DNA from: a virus
Lineage: Duplodnaviria; Heunggongvirae; Uroviricota; Caudoviricetes
Direction: 5' to 3' (one strand)
Length of the DNA stretch: 30,093 nt
IMG/VR virus record: IMGVR_UViG_2562617113_000015
Span: 1-30,093 of that record
In this document: positions 1-7,705 of the stretch, piece by piece
How the letters are laid out: every line of letters begins with the position of its first letter
How positions within the stretch are numbered: the first letter of the stretch is position 1
The notes under the pieces: generated by a model
The model's input: the letters and a program-made list of their open reading frames with translations, nothing else
The model's database searches: none
Told to the model about the DNA's origin: nothing
Position numbers and translations under genes: made by a program

Positions 1-1314
1 CTAACTTACTGATTTTAATAGACCTCTTGTGTCACTTTGGTGACTATGGGACATCATTGGGACATAATCTGCCAGCTTCTGATTCAGCATGGCGATCTGT
101 TCTGCATTGCTGTCAGTCATCCATGCTCCGTATACATTGAACACCATCTGGGCACTTGCATGGCCCATCTGGCTGGCAATGAAGCTTGGATTTGCTCCGG
201 CAGATAATGACCAGCACGCATAAGTGTGTCGTGACTGGTATGCCTTTCGATACCTGATGCCAGCACGCTTAATGGCTGTTTCCCATGAGTCGCCAATGGA
301 ATCTACCTTGTAGATAAAACCTACCTGTTTGCTTTTTCTAACCACCTGGGGGTTAAATACGAAAGTACATTCATGATTCACTGAACGTCCATATTCACGT
401 AGTTGCACCTTGATGTGGTGCTGCTTACCCAGTCTTGTCATTTCAGCCTGATTTTTCAGGACACTGATAGCGGGCTGGATAAGATGCACAACCCTGTTTG
501 TACTTGCTTCAGTTTTAGGTAGAGTGAACTCACCGAGTTTCGTATAATTGCGCCTGATAGTAATTGTTCCTGCTTTCAGATCGATATCTTCCCAGGCCAG
601 GGAGACCAGTTCACCATGACGCATTCCTGTGTACACAGCCAATGACCACAGGTTTTTTGTCTGCTGATGCCGGCAAGCATCTATCAGGCGAATAAATTCG
701 TCACGAGTTAGCGGATCTGGCTCTGCCCTGGCTTTTTTAAGAGGCTTAATTCTCTCGAAGGGATTTGCTTCTAAGTAACCGTGATCTGCAGCAAACTGGA
801 ACATTCCAGCGATTGTCGTCATGTAATAATTTACTGTGACAACGCTTCGTCCTTTTACTCGAGCTTTACCTTTTGTTGGATTTTGGTATCCGGTCAGCAA
901 ATCTTTCCTGATATACAGCAATTCCTCTTTGGTCACCGTTGACACCAGTCTGCTACCTCCAATTTTCGGAACCATCGTTCTTGCAACGGATTTATAGCGA
1001 TTGAATGCATTTGCAGAGATTTCCATGCGTTTCAGATCCAGCCACTTTTCTTCAAGTTCTTTCACCGTAATTTCTTTTTTATTTACCCCAAAAGCCTTGA
1101 GGTTAGGAGAGTCAGGGAACTGCGCAGCATAATCAAAGTTTCCTGTACGAATGGCAAAACATACAGATGTCCGCAGCTCTCCGGCGATCTTCCTGTTCTT
1201 GACAGTGTCAGGGACACCAAGATTTTCCCTGACACGTTTACCTTTAAAATTAAACCAGATGCGTAATGTGCCGCCGTGGTTTTCGACGCCTGTTGGATAT
1301 TTGACTTTATCCAT
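1..1314 (-). CDS. int: Tyrosine-type site-specific integrase (437 aa)
   Basis: Long minus-strand ORF at the prophage edge; GGAGG RBS upstream of the ATG at 1314; C-terminal region has the R/H/R/Y-type layout expected of tyrosine recombinases; stop codon is at 1-3, so attL/attR is not in the window. Confidence 0.85.
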   Translation of the reverse strand: MDKVKYPTGVENHGGTLRIWFNFKGKRVRENLGVPDTVKNRKIAGELRTSVCFAIRTGNFDYAAQFPDSPNLKAFGVNKKEITVKELEEKWLDLKRMEISANAFNRYKSVARTMVPKIGGSRLVSTVTKEELLYIRKDLLTGYQNPTKGKARVKGRSVVTVNYYMTTIAGMFQFAADHGYLEANPFERIKPLKKARAEPDPLTRDEFIRLIDACRHQQTKNLWSLAVYTGMRHGELVSLAWEDIDLKAGTITIRRNYTKLGEFTLPKTEASTNRVVHLIQPAISVLKNQAEMTRLGKQHHIKVQLREYGRSVNHECTFVFNPQVVRKSKQVGFIYKVDSIGDSWETAIKRAGIRYRKAYQSRHTYACWSLSAGANPSFIASQMGHASAQMVFNVYGAWMTDSNAEQIAMLNQKLADYVPMMSHSHQSDTRGLLKSVS

Positions 1315-1369
1315 TGATACCTCCAGACGCCCAAGAGCGATACGAGCTTACATATTTCATGGTATTAAA

Positions 1370-1606
1370 TCACCCAGGTTGTTTGTTTTTCATTGAAGAG
1401 ACCCAGGCATCTATTGCTTTTCTGTTATACATACATTCACTGGAAGGTTTTGGATTACCGTCTGGCGATACGTGAATATACTCTCTTCCTACCATCCAGC
1501 ATTCTTTCCGGGCTCGGAGAATTGTGCCAGGTTTGAGCCCGGTAATTGCGATAAGAACGCTTTCACAAACCCATTCATTGGGAGCCAGTTGAATCACATT
1601 GCCCAT
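1370..1606 (-). CDS. xis: Excisionase-like small DNA-binding protein (78 aa)
   Basis: Small ORF immediately upstream of int on the same strand with a GAGG RBS; size and position fit an excisionase; sequence family not verified. Confidence 0.5.
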   Translation of the reverse strand: MGNVIQLAPNEWVCESVLIAITGLKPGTILRARKECWMVGREYIHVSPDGNPKPSSECMYNRKAIDAWVSSMKNKQPG

Positions 1607-1614
1607 GTATTACC

Positions 1615-1761
1615 TCACACAACACTCAGCCCACGGCAGTGGCACCACACTTCAAACATTCGTTTCACAACTTCACGGCAGTAGAAACCGTCAACATCTC
1701 GCGTCAGGTCATAACGATTGCCGTAACGCTGGCGTACCCATAGCTCAAACGCTTTATTCAT
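1615..1761 (-). CDS. Hypothetical small protein (48 aa), not in the ORF track
   Basis: ATG at 1761 (minus) and stop at 1615-1617 read by eye; packed between the flanking genes; below the ORF-track size cutoff. Confidence 0.25.
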   Translation of the reverse strand: MNKAFELWVRQRYGNRYDLTRDVDGFYCREVVKRMFEVWCHCRGLSVV

Positions 1762-1764
1762 TCG

Positions 1765-2007
1765 CTACTTCCTTTTCATGGCTCGTAATTTTTTCAGATG
1801 AGCTTCCTGCTCTGTTTCTGCCAGAATTTGTCGGTATTCCTGGTGATCGATCCGTTCAAACGATTCATTAAAATCGTTCATTTTTACCGATTGTGTTCGC
1901 CCATCCATTCTTCTGTACAACACGGTGTTATTTATGCAGCGAATAATTTTTACCGGGTAACCGGCACTGTCGGTATACAGTTGTCCCTGATTAATCAAAG
2001 CAAACAT
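1765..2007 (-). CDS. Hypothetical protein (80 aa)
   Basis: Internal ATG (MFALINQ...) preceded by GGAG; the track ORF 1765..2130 is probably over-extended at its 5' end. Confidence 0.45.
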   Translation of the reverse strand: MFALINQGQLYTDSAGYPVKIIRCINNTVLYRRMDGRTQSVKMNDFNESFERIDHQEYRQILAETEQEAHLKKLRAMKRK

Positions 2008-2038
2008 TTTTTCTCCTGCTCTCTGAATAGTGAGAACT

Positions 2039-2416
2039 TCAGAGCCGTATGTTTGTAGCGGGTTCAATACTGATAATTTCTGCTGAGATAAGCATCCCGG
2101 CAAGCCAGAGTTCTCCGGACAGGTCTTCATCCTGACATATCAGTTCGCCAATATTAATGGTGGCCATGATATCTGTTTCCCCTGTGCGCTCATCCTTGAC
2201 TTCTTCATAAGGCAGCGTTGCGTACAGGCTTTCAATAGCGCAACTGATAACATCCAGTCCGGTCAGATTGCCGCCGACAGTAACTTCGAATGTTTCGCGG
2301 TATTCCCATAGTCCGAAAGTTAATCGAACGGTTTGGTTTGCCATGCGTCCGCATGACGTCAGATTCGGGTCATAGTTCATTATTTGCGGTTGAGTATTCT
2401 GGGTGTTCATCTGCAT
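2039..2416 (-). CDS. Hypothetical protein (125 aa)
   Basis: ORF with an AAGGGA RBS upstream of the ATG at 2416; no recognisable family. Confidence 0.5.
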   Translation of the reverse strand: MQMNTQNTQPQIMNYDPNLTSCGRMANQTVRLTFGLWEYRETFEVTVGGNLTGLDVISCAIESLYATLPYEEVKDERTGETDIMATINIGELICQDEDLSGELWLAGMLISAEIISIEPATNIRL

Positions 2417-2449
2417 TTCCCTTAGCCCGGCGCCTGCCGGGCATATAAG

Positions 2450-3277
2450 TTATTTAATCTGGATAAATGGTGTATTGGCACCACTGGTCATGTATTGCGG
2501 CAGTGTACCGTTCCACTTGTTGATGGCTTCCAGCTCCATGACGCCTGGGTTCTGGCGTAGAGCTTCGCCGCGTAAACGAATGGCATCGGCTTCTGCCTGG
2601 GCTTTTGTTCGAATGGCATCAGCCTGTCCGGCAGCTTCCGCACGTAGCATGTTGGCCTCCGCTTCACGTTGCTTGACTTCCTGCTCGCGCTGCAGGGTTT
2701 TCTGGTTTGCCGTGACTTTGGCATTAATGCTGTCGATAACGGTTGGCGGGTACTCCGGCTTACCCACATATGAGAGGCTCATTACCTGAATACCGATAGG
2801 TGTCATCTCTGCCTGAATGTCTTTAAGAGCTTCATCCAGCAGCTCAGACTTGCCGCCGTCGATAAATTTGTCAGTGGTCATTTTGCTGGCCAGTCGGTTG
2901 AGTGCGTCGGCGATCTTCTGGCGCAGGTCAGTGTCGGTAATGTCATCCACGCCTTTGCGGTAGGTCTGAAACACCGTGGTAACTTTGGATGGATCAACTT
3001 TGTAGGCCACGCCAATGTGATAGCCGATGGTTGTACCGTCACTCATCTGGAAACTGAACGGTTCATCGTAGGTCTTCATTTGTTTGAAGGTGGGGAAGAT
3101 ATAAACTTCAGTATTCCAGCCAGTCCAGTAGCGACCAACACCGACCACCTCACCGACGCCTTTGTCGTCGCCCAGTTTATTTACCTTGATGCCAACATTA
3201 CCTGGTTCAACGCGATCGCAACCGACAAGGCCAATAGTCGGCAGAACAATGGCTAAAGCAAAAATAATTTTTTTCAT
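2450..3277 (-). CDS. SPFH/band-7 (prohibitin-like) lipoprotein (275 aa)
   Basis: N-terminal signal peptide ending in lipobox L-V-G-C; central SPFH-like region; C-terminal Ala/Glu/Arg/Gln-rich coiled coil; AAGGA RBS; start overlaps the upstream gene's stop (ATGA). Confidence 0.8.
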   Translation of the reverse strand: MKKIIFALAIVLPTIGLVGCDRVEPGNVGIKVNKLGDDKGVGEVVGVGRYWTGWNTEVYIFPTFKQMKTYDEPFSFQMSDGTTIGYHIGVAYKVDPSKVTTVFQTYRKGVDDITDTDLRQKIADALNRLASKMTTDKFIDGGKSELLDEALKDIQAEMTPIGIQVMSLSYVGKPEYPPTVIDSINAKVTANQKTLQREQEVKQREAEANMLRAEAAGQADAIRTKAQAEADAIRLRGEALRQNPGVMELEAINKWNGTLPQYMTSGANTPFIQIK

Positions 3278-3462
3278 CTTTTATCCTTAGTGAAAGAAAG
3301 ACCCTTGTAAATGGCATAAATGCAGGGCGGGGTCAGAAACGCCAGTGCAAAGCCAGAAATAACTGCTATCGTATCCTTCATGGATATAAGGAACGGAACG
3401 AGTAATCCGTAAATGCATGCGATAATTGCCAGTAAAATTACTATTGTGAAATACAGTCTCAT
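3274..3462 (-). CDS. Small two-helix membrane protein (62 aa), translationally coupled to the SPFH gene
   Basis: Two hydrophobic segments; stop overlaps the SPFH start codon (ATGA at 3274-3277). Confidence 0.6.
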   Translation of the reverse strand: MRLYFTIVILLAIIACIYGLLVPFLISMKDTIAVISGFALAFLTPPCIYAIYKGLSFTKDKR

Positions 3463-3485
3463 TGGTCTGTGGTATCCCGATATTT

Positions 3486-3593
3486 TTAACCGACTGACAG
3501 CGCAATAAAGAGAATAATGATTTCAGTTAGTGTCAGTACTGTGGCAAGGATTAAAATCAGTTTTACTCTGTTTAATTCACGGTTGCTTTTCAT
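3486..3593 (-). CDS. Possible small hydrophobic peptide (35 aa: MKSNRELNRVKLILILATVLTLTEIIILFIALSVG)
   Basis: Read by eye on the minus strand; charged N-terminus followed by a single predicted transmembrane helix; no clear Shine-Dalgarno. Confidence 0.25.
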   Translation of the reverse strand: MKSNRELNRVKLILILATVLTLTEIIILFIALSVG

Positions 3594-3638
3594 ATAAACG
3601 GTTGGTAAAAGATGGAAGAATTATATTCTTCTTAATAT

Positions 3639-4220
3639 TTAATGTGTCACTGGCGCTTCTGGCATACCATGAGTATTCAGGTCGTTCATCATTTCATCCA
3701 GAAGGAGTTCAAGCCCTTCGCGCCCCATAGCAGAAATAATGAAACCATTATCAGGATCTGCGATGAGCATTTTTTGATAGAGAAACAGAACTCGCCCCAT
3801 GCCTTCAGCTTCGCCATATTTTTCAATAAATCCCCATTCGACGTGGTTTTGCAGGGCAATACGAAGTGGTCCGGGGTAGATACTCAGGCAACCATGTTTA
3901 CCCTTGTAAATAACCGCGTGATCTGTAGTTCCGTTATCGTTAGGGATATCAACGGTACCGTTCTTGTCTTTCTCTTCATTTATAAACGTAGTCACATACA
4001 GCCATCGCCACTGAGCAACCTTCATATCGACTGAAAATCGTCCCAGCAACCCTGCATCATCGGCTTCAGCAATACATTGCATGATTCTTAAGCCGTGCCA
4101 GTATGGATTGTCGTATTCACCATCATTAAGTCGCTGTACGGCATCAACAAAATTAATGGTTGTATTGCCAATTTTTATGCCATGTGGCGTAACTTCTGGT
4201 CGGAAATCTGAATGATTCAT
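3639..4220 (-). CDS. Hypothetical protein (193 aa), last gene of a coupled three-gene unit
   Basis: Internal ATG at 4220 preceded by AAGGAG; start overlaps the stop of the upstream 62-aa gene (ATGA at 4217-4220); AT-rich; no recognisable family. Confidence 0.6.
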   Translation of the reverse strand: MNHSDFRPEVTPHGIKIGNTTINFVDAVQRLNDGEYDNPYWHGLRIMQCIAEADDAGLLGRFSVDMKVAQWRWLYVTTFINEEKDKNGTVDIPNDNGTTDHAVIYKGKHGCLSIYPGPLRIALQNHVEWGFIEKYGEAEGMGRVLFLYQKMLIADPDNGFIISAMGREGLELLLDEMMNDLNTHGMPEAPVTH

Positions 4221-4405
4221 AATGTTTGCTCCTTTGCTGGTGGAATAATCGTGTAGCCAGCTCTTTTTGCCATCCACAGAAATGTATCCATGCAGCCAAC
4301 GAATTCATTATCCAACAGATGTTTTGAGTAAATTACTTCACCATTTTCAATGGTTAGCAACACTCTTACTTTTTTATGTGTTATGTTTTGTTGTTTTTCT
4401 TTCAT
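4217..4405 (-). CDS. Hypothetical protein (62 aa)
   Basis: GGGAGA RBS; translationally coupled to the downstream 193-aa gene. Confidence 0.5.
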   Translation of the reverse strand: MKEKQQNITHKKVRVLLTIENGEVIYSKHLLDNEFVGCMDTFLWMAKRAGYTIIPPAKEQTL

Positions 4406-4409
4406 TTAT

Positions 4410-4523
4410 TTATCTCCCATATGCTTTGCGCAAATACAGGTTGGCTATATGAAGATAAGAATCTCCATGTTGTGCAATGAGGCAGGCAGTTTTATACGAT
4501 GCCTTATGTTTCAGGAAAGTCAT
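4410..4523 (-). CDS. Possible small basic protein (37 aa: MTFLKHKASYKTACLIAQHGDSYLHIANLYLRKAYGR)
   Basis: Read by eye; AGGAG RBS 8 nt upstream of the ATG at 4523; stop lies 4 nt before the start of the next gene. Confidence 0.25.
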   Translation of the reverse strand: MTFLKHKASYKTACLIAQHGDSYLHIANLYLRKAYGR

Positions 4524-4601
4524 AACATAATCTCCTGCGAATAAAGGTTGCAACAATCCCCGGCGATAAAACCGTAATAAACATTCAGTGAATATTTATT
4601 G

Positions 4602-4802
4602 TTATTGCGCTAATTCTTTTTTGACTGCAGCTTTCGAATATTCACATGCAAAAGACAGGATTTCATCACCTAATGTTTTTGCATTCTGATTATTTGACAT
4701 CTGTAAAACTTGCGCAGCGCACAACAGACTATGAATGTTTATTGCAAATGAATCCGATGCCAGACAAATACCTTCGAAATTGTCATGGATATTACTATTC
4801 AC
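4602..4802 (-). CDS. Small protein (66 aa) paralogous to the N-terminal domain of the adjacent HTH protein
   Basis: GTG start with AAGGAG RBS; segment DSFAINIHSLLCAAQVL...ILSFACEY aligns with DSFALNIANLLSAVRTF...VMEFIHEY of the upstream gene. Confidence 0.55.
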   Translation of the reverse strand: MNSNIHDNFEGICLASDSFAINIHSLLCAAQVLQMSNNQNAKTLGDEILSFACEYSKAAVKKELAQ

Positions 4803-4807
4803 TGCTG

Positions 4808-5260
4808 TTACTCCTTTGCAGCATTGCTACCAGTCAATAACCACATCGGATCGCAGCCAAGAATATTTGCCAGTGGGATAAGCATACTGATGGTTGGTTC
4901 ATACTCTCCGCTCTCCCACTGGATGATGATTTCTTCATCAAGAGCGAGCAGCCTGGCGAGTTCGGCTGTTGTTAAGCCGCAGGCTTCGCGTTGGGTGCGA
5001 AGGTTAACCAGCCAGCTTTCAGGGAAGGATTGTTTTTGTTGTGCAGGAGAAGCAGCAGATAGAGCATATTCATGGATAAATTCCATTACCTCAATGCCCA
5101 GTTCCTTTGAGCGAGCACAATCCAGAAGATGGAATGTGCGTACAGCACTTAGCAAATTTGCAATATTTAATGCAAAGGAATCAAGTTCTAAGCCCTTAAG
5201 CGTAACACAGCCGCAGTTGATAAAATTAGTTGTTTCTGGAGTTGCTTTTAGTGTCTTCAT
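4808..5260 (-). CDS. Two-domain protein (150 aa): unknown N-terminal domain plus C-terminal Cro/C1-type (XRE) HTH
   Basis: C-terminal GLTTAELARLLALDEEIIIQWESGEYEPTISMLIPLANILGCDPMWLL is a typical XRE HTH; first gene downstream of the PL-like promoter. Confidence 0.75.
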   Translation of the reverse strand: MKTLKATPETTNFINCGCVTLKGLELDSFALNIANLLSAVRTFHLLDCARSKELGIEVMEFIHEYALSAASPAQQKQSFPESWLVNLRTQREACGLTTAELARLLALDEEIIIQWESGEYEPTISMLIPLANILGCDPMWLLTGSNAAKE

Positions 5261-5290
5261 ATACCCACCAACAATTTTAAATTGAATTAA

Positions 5291-5342
5291 ATCAAGTTAT
5301 AATTGATGGTGCGATATTATGCTTTGGGAAATAGGCTGTCAA
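5291..5342 (-). promoter_or_regulatory. PL-like leftward promoter with OL operator
   Basis: Minus strand reads TTGACA-N17-TAATAT (-35 at 5337-5342, -10 at 5314-5319); perfect 17-bp palindrome ATCAAGTTATAATTGAT at 5291-5307 at the predicted start site; the ATCAAG half-site recurs in OR. Confidence 0.5.
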
Positions 5343-5370
5343 GAAAAAATTGATATCGTATATTTCAGGC

Positions 5371-5397
5371 AGAAAAAAAACGGGCAAAGCCCGTTAA
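5371..5397 (-). terminator. Rho-independent terminator downstream of the cI-like gene
   Basis: 7-bp stem (AACGGGC / GCCCGTT) with a 3-nt loop, followed on the minus strand by a U8 run; sits 10-30 nt after the cI stop. Confidence 0.65.
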
Positions 5398-5406
5398 AAT
5401 CAAAGA

Positions 5407-6096
5407 CTAACCAAATCTGTTTATGTTGAATGGTACTGATGAGATCACTTTAGACTGGATATAAAGCAGAGCTAACCCCTCTTTTTCGATGCTCCATGGT
5501 TGATAATTGGGGTTATCAGATAACACCATGATTTTGCTTCCAATTTTTTGAAGCCTTTTCACGTAGCATTCTCCATCAAAACAAAATGCATAAATACCAT
5601 CGCCATCAAAATAAGTTACTGTCTTATCAAGAAAAAGAAGGTCGCCAGGTGAGATTGTGGGAGCCATACTGTCTCCTCTGGCGTTACCTATTTCTATATT
5701 TTTGAATGCCCGATTTCCAACAAGACGTCGGGCATATTCAGGATCAAGTTCTATTGAGCGCACTACATCTATCAAGTCACCACGGACATGAGTTCCATCA
5801 CCGCAACTAAACTCAACATCAAGGACATTAAACACGACGCTATCTGTTCTTGTCTGGTGTTTCTCTTGCGAGGAAAAGGTTGGTGAGGAGTCTTCACCTA
5901 AGAACCAGGATTGTGGATAACCGCTAATCTCTGATAAATGCGCGAGCTTATCACTCCGTGGAAATGTTTTTCCTGTTGTCCAGTACTGCACTGATTGCGC
6001 ACTCACACCTAACTTGCGGGCCAGTTGAGCCTGAGTCCATCCTTTTGCTTTCAGCATCGCGGCTATTCGATTTTCCGTGTTTTTGACGTTCTTCAT
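5407..6096 (-). CDS. cI: CI-like prophage repressor (229 aa): N-terminal HTH plus C-terminal S24 (LexA-like) autopeptidase domain
   Basis: N-terminal HTH (GWTQAQLARKLGVSAQSVQYW); C-terminal G-D-S-M serine motif and a downstream lysine, as in LexA/CI; divergent from the cro-like gene. Confidence 0.9.
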   Translation of the reverse strand: MKNVKNTENRIAAMLKAKGWTQAQLARKLGVSAQSVQYWTTGKTFPRSDKLAHLSEISGYPQSWFLGEDSSPTFSSQEKHQTRTDSVVFNVLDVEFSCGDGTHVRGDLIDVVRSIELDPEYARRLVGNRAFKNIEIGNARGDSMAPTISPGDLLFLDKTVTYFDGDGIYAFCFDGECYVKRLQKIGSKIMVLSDNPNYQPWSIEKEGLALLYIQSKVISSVPFNINRFG

Positions 6097-6229
6097 GACC
6101 AGGTCCTGTGGGTTTCTTTACAAGGATAAATCTTTACTTGATTTTAGTGTATTCGATCCTTTTGCAACTTGCATGTTAATTTAATCTTGATGTATTCTTG
6201 TGTTATCAAGTTAATATTGGTGTTTTGCT
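6097..6229. promoter_or_regulatory. OR-like immunity region with divergent PRM/PR promoters and operator half-sites
   Basis: Intergenic region between divergent cI and cro; ATCAAG/CTTGAT half-sites at 6138-6143, 6186-6191 and 6205-6210; candidate PR is TTGATG-N18-TTAATA (6187-6216); exact -35/-10 assignments are uncertain. Confidence 0.55.
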
Positions 6230-6530
6230 ATGAAAGGAAATGATTACGACGTACTTCGCGCATTAATTGCGCAAAATGCCATTGCACGAAACCTTGGTGT
6301 AACTCCGCAAGCGGTGAATCAGTGGTTTTCCAAAAAACACAATTCCTGCTCGTTTTGTTTTACGCGTATGTGAAGTAGTTGCATGGAAGGTCACGCCACA
6401 TGGCTTAAGGCCAGATCTTTATCCTCACCCTGAAGATGGAATTCCTGATTCGTTACGCAAAATTTCAAATCCAAGCCTAGCGCGCACGGAAGATGGGCAG
6501 AGTGATTCATCAGAAATGTCCACGCGATGA
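6230..6530 (+). pseudogene. cro: Cro/YdaS-like regulator, frame-disrupted at an A6 run (6332-6337)
   Basis: The ATG frame gives an HTH (LGVTPQAVNQWFSK) and stops at 6371-6373 after ...HNSCSFCFTRM; the +1 frame continues TIPARFVLRVCEVVAWKVTPHGLRPDLYPHPEDG... to a stop at 6528-6530, matching the C-terminal pattern of YdaS-type Cro proteins. Confidence 0.55.
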
Positions 6531-6606
6531 ACGGTTACTGAACGAAAAAAGAAAAGCCGGGCCGCACTCCGTCAGCCCGACTTATTCTGATTAGTAAGGG
6601 GATTTC

Positions 6607-7374
6607 ATGATGATCAATAAACAAAAAATAGTCAACCCTGAAAACTTGCCAGTTATTGAGTGGCAGGGAGTACGTGTAGTTACCACCGAAACGTTGGCGG
6701 CGGGATATGGAACAACGCCAATCCGTATACAACAGAACTACATTCGAAACGAAGATCGTTTCGTTGAGGGTAAACACTTTTTCAAAATCAGCGGTGATGA
6801 GCTGAAATCTTTCCGACTATCTTTTAGCGAGTCGGTTAATAAACATACAACATCACTTGTCCTCTGGACAGAACGCGGCGCTGCCCGCATGTCAAAAATC
6901 GTCGATACAGACGAGGCCTGGTCGTTCTTCGAAAAAATGGAGCAGGCGTATTTTCGTAAAGCAACGCCTTCTTCAAACACTATTCCAGACTTTGACGATC
7001 CGATCGCTGCTGCTGAAGCGTGGATTGAAGCCAAAAAATCCGAACGCCTTGCTCTCGGGTATGCAGAGCGTCAGGCTCGCTACATCAGCAAACTCGAAAG
7101 CCATCTCGCCGATGGCATCACTCCTGTGCAGTTCTGCAAACAACTCAACGGTGTAAACACTCGTCAGATTAATGCGTTCCTTGAAGAGCGTAACTGGCTG
7201 TATGACGACCGTCCGGAGGCTATGTATCCGCGCTGGCGTGTAAAAGCGTATGCACGTGACCAATACCTGACTGAGCGTTCTGGGCAGGTTGAGCAGGAAA
7301 ACGGGGAAATGCGCGAGATTTTCAAACCACTCCTGAAGAAAAAAGGTGCCCCTGGTTATATCGCCATTATCTGA
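6607..7374 (+). CDS. Antirepressor-family protein (255 aa), ORF6N-like N-terminal domain plus Ant-like C-terminal domain
   Basis: AAGGGG RBS; motif LWTERGAARM shared with the 13225..13713 gene (ILWTERGAARHAKM); C-terminal region resembles phage antirepressor C-terminal domains. Confidence 0.8.
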   Translation: MMINKQKIVNPENLPVIEWQGVRVVTTETLAAGYGTTPIRIQQNYIRNEDRFVEGKHFFKISGDELKSFRLSFSESVNKHTTSLVLWTERGAARMSKIVDTDEAWSFFEKMEQAYFRKATPSSNTIPDFDDPIAAAEAWIEAKKSERLALGYAERQARYISKLESHLADGITPVQFCKQLNGVNTRQINAFLEERNWLYDDRPEAMYPRWRVKAYARDQYLTERSGQVEQENGEMREIFKPLLKKKGAPGYIAII

Positions 7375-7459
7375 ACGGTGAACTACCGATGAAGAAAACA
7401 TGGGATGGGCTGTTTACCCATAACACTGAGCTCGCGAATCTTTTACAGGAGAACAAATA

Positions 7460-7669
7460 ATGCAAACCAAGACGTGTGTAACTGGTGATGTCGATCTGAA
7501 ACCTTGCCCGTTCTGCGGAAATCCGGAAGTACAACTCATTGAGGTGAAATATTTTCTGGATGGCGATGATGGTTATTACGTCGCATGTACTTGCTGTAAC
7601 GCAAACCAGATCCCTGATTCGAAAGAACGTGCTGTTCATGACTGGAATCAGCGCGAAAACGCGGATTGA
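7460..7669 (+). CDS. lar: Lar-family restriction-alleviation-like zinc-ribbon protein (69 aa)
   Basis: CPFCG ... CTCC cysteine pairs and size fit the Lar family as remembered; AGGAG RBS. Confidence 0.6.
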   Translation: MQTKTCVTGDVDLKPCPFCGNPEVQLIEVKYFLDGDDGYYVACTCCNANQIPDSKERAVHDWNQRENAD

Positions 7670-7705
7670 TGGCGAGTAGGTACAAAATGATCCGCAACCA
7701 ACATA

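Noticed and set aside
2417-2449. Perfect inverted repeat GCCCGGC-GCCT-GCCGGGC downstream of the SPFH gene
   Set aside because: Forms a stable hairpin but has no U-tract on the minus strand where it would terminate the SPFH transcript. Possibly an RNA-stabilising stem-loop, not called as a terminator.
2403-2789. 128-aa plus-strand ORF overlapping the SPFH gene
   Set aside because: Antisense to the SPFH lipoprotein ORF; Ala/Ser/Arg-rich wrong-frame composition.
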